The notes beneath the pieces were generated by a model that saw only the letters and a list, made by a program, of their open reading frames with translations, was not told where the DNA came from and did not search any database. A DNA stretch of 16,822 nt from a candidate division WOR-3 bacterium. GTDB taxonomy: Bacteria; Hydrothermota; Tepidihabitantia; SM23-42; JAOAFX01. Positions 15,207 through 16,822 of the stretch are shown here, one piece after another. Where the stretch lies: positions 1 to 16,822 of the forward strand of contig JBDRWI010000048.1 in assembly GCA_039802265.1 (NCBI GenBank). Reading direction: 5' to 3'. Numbering within the stretch: the stretch's first letter is position 1; every line of letters begins with the position of its first letter. The position numbers and the translations under genes were made by a program.

Positions 15207-16822
15207 TTATTTAGAAAATATAAATCCCTTTTCTTTGAACAACTTAATGCAAATGTCAACTATTCTCGCATCAAACTTGATACCTCTACCTATACTTATA
15301 TCATCTAATGCCTGGTCAAGACCTAATGCCTCACGGTAAGGACGATGTGAAATCATTGCCTCAACAATATCGGCGACACAGAGTATCTTTGCCTCAAGCA
15401 TTATCTTATCACCCGTCAATCCGTGGGGATAACCCGAGCCATCATTCTTTTCGTGGTGTTGCAAGACAATCTCAGGGATGGGCCAGGGGAAATTAATGGG
15501 TTTCAAGATTTCATAACCAACCTGACAATGTGTCTTTATTATATCAAATTCTGCCGAGGTGAGTTTTGTTGGCTTAGCAAGTATTTCAGCAGGGACATAT
15601 ATCTTGCCTACATCGTGTAATAAAGCAGCAATTCGGAGATAATGAATCACTTCTGCTGAGAGGTTCATCTCCTCAGCAATTGCACAGACGAGTTCAGAAA
15701 CCCTGCGCTGATGTCCTGCGGTGTATGGGTCGCGCTTCTCCACCGCTGAGGCAAGGGCAGTGACCGTACCTTCAAGGAGTCTATTCAACTGCTCGTAACT
15801 ACTTTTTAATTTCTGGTTTGCCTTAAAGGTCTCAGTTATATCGCGTGCTACACCAAGTATACCGACGGGCTTTAAATCTTTATCCCTGAGAAACTTGAAG
15901 GTCGTTTCCGTCCATAACTTAGAACCATCTTTACGCTCAATCTGAAGAATTAAAGAACGAAACCTTTCAGTATCTTTCTCTGGACTGAATTCAATCGCAA
16001 TTTCTTCTTTCAATGCCTTCATTGCCTCTCCATAGGAATTGGGGCTCAATAACTTCTCCGCACCTTCTCCCAGTAATTCAGAGACCTCATAGCCCAGAAA
16101 TCTTATTGAAGGACTTACAAATGTAAATCTTAAATCCATATCAAGGATAAAAATTATTTCAGTGATATTATCTGTGATCAACCTGAGTCGCTCCTGGTTC
16201 TTTAACAAATTTTCTCTCATAATCTCCTGTTCAGTTATATCTCGCGCAATCCCACACAGACCCCATATATTCCCTTTTTCATCATATAATGGAACTTTTA
16301 TAGTATGAAATTTGATTTTCTTACCCCTGATGGTTTTCACTGGGAAGCCTTCAACAATCTCACCTGCCAGTACCTTTTTATCTTCTGCAATTATTTGTTT
16401 TGCTATTTCAGGAGTAAAAAAATCAGTATCACTTTTCCCTATGATTTCTTCGCGTTCCACTCCAAATAGTTCGGCAGTGCACTTATTCACCATTACATAC
16501 TTTAATGAACTATTCTTTATAAAAATACAATCTCGTGCCGATTCAACCACGGTTCTGAAAAGTTCTTCGCTCATTCTCAATTTATCCTGTATTCTTTTTC
16601 TTTCAGTAATATCTCTTATCAATGCGAGGAGATATACGCCATCAGGCAATTCAAATCTTCTCAAAGTTACCTCAGCATCGAATAATGAACCATCAGGTCT
16701 TTTGTGTTGCCATTCAAAAAATACAGGCTTGCCGGAAAGGGCATCATTCATTATTTCTATCGCCTTTTCCTTTGAATTTCTGCCATCGGGTTGATTTTCT
16801 GGCGACAAATCATAAGGATAAG
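15207..16822 (-). CDS. Multi-PAS HD-GYP domain protein (cyclic dinucleotide phosphodiesterase), 5' end outside window
   Basis: Frame is open to the window edge (YPYDLSPENQPDG...). At least three PAS/PAC units ending RDITE; RDPYTAGHQRRV, LLHDVGK, HHEKNDGSGYP, VADIVEAM..HRPYR. Confidence 0.92.
   Translation of the reverse strand, partial: YPYDLSPENQPDGRNSKEKAIEIMNDALSGKPVFFEWQHKRPDGSLFDAEVTLRRFELPDGVYLLALIRDITERKRIQDKLRMSEELFRTVVESARDCIFIKNSSLKYVMVNKCTAELFGVEREEIIGKSDTDFFTPEIAKQIIAEDKKVLAGEIVEGFPVKTIRGKKIKFHTIKVPLYDEKGNIWGLCGIARDITEQEIMRENLLKNQERLRLITDNITEIIFILDMDLRFTFVSPSIRFLGYEVSELLGEGAEKLLSPNSYGEAMKALKEEIAIEFSPEKDTERFRSLILQIERKDGSKLWTETTFKFLRDKDLKPVGILGVARDITETFKANQKLKSSYEQLNRLLEGTVTALASAVEKRDPYTAGHQRRVSELVCAIAEEMNLSAEVIHYLRIAALLHDVGKIYVPAEILAKPTKLTSAEFDIIKTHCQVGYEILKPINFPWPIPEIVLQHHEKNDGSGYPHGLTGDKIMLEAKILCVADIVEAMISHRPYREALGLDQALDDISIGRGIKFDARIVDICIKLFKEKGFIFSK

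Noticed and set aside
1440..16794. Numerous 60-160 aa ORFs nested in or antisense to the main genes (e.g. 6101..6529, 7204..7596, 11969..12403, 16312..16794)
   Set aside because: Fully overlap confidently assigned genes, many have the Ser/Phe/Ile-rich composition typical of antisense frames, and none has a motif.

Overview
Chromosomal window from a low-to-moderate GC diderm bacterium (Lnt and type IV pilus genes present), with no rRNA, tRNA, CRISPR array or intact mobile element. Left to right: a truncated ArnT/GT39-like membrane glycosyltransferase and a small beta-barrel protein (-); a glnA / Gfo-Idh-MocA / lnt operon (+); a recF-dciA-gyrB-M42 peptidase-RAYT-like operon (-); a PilS-like kinase / single-domain receiver / stand-alone MshEN protein / pilT operon (-); a divergent PilR/NtrC-like sigma54 activator (+); and a truncated multi-PAS HD-GYP phosphodiesterase (-). 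Best leads: (1) a Gfo/Idh/MocA protein missing all three catalytic residues, translationally coupled to a glutamine synthetase that lacks its adenylylation loop; (2) an intact RAYT/IS200-fold ORF missing both its HUH motif and catalytic Tyr, placed in the gyrB operon; (3) a sigma54 promoter plus enhancer-like palindrome driving a ~140-nt structured, C-rich-loop RNA divergent from the activator (luxO/qrr1-like layout) inside a pilus/c-di-GMP module. All family calls come from motif recognition by eye, not database searches.
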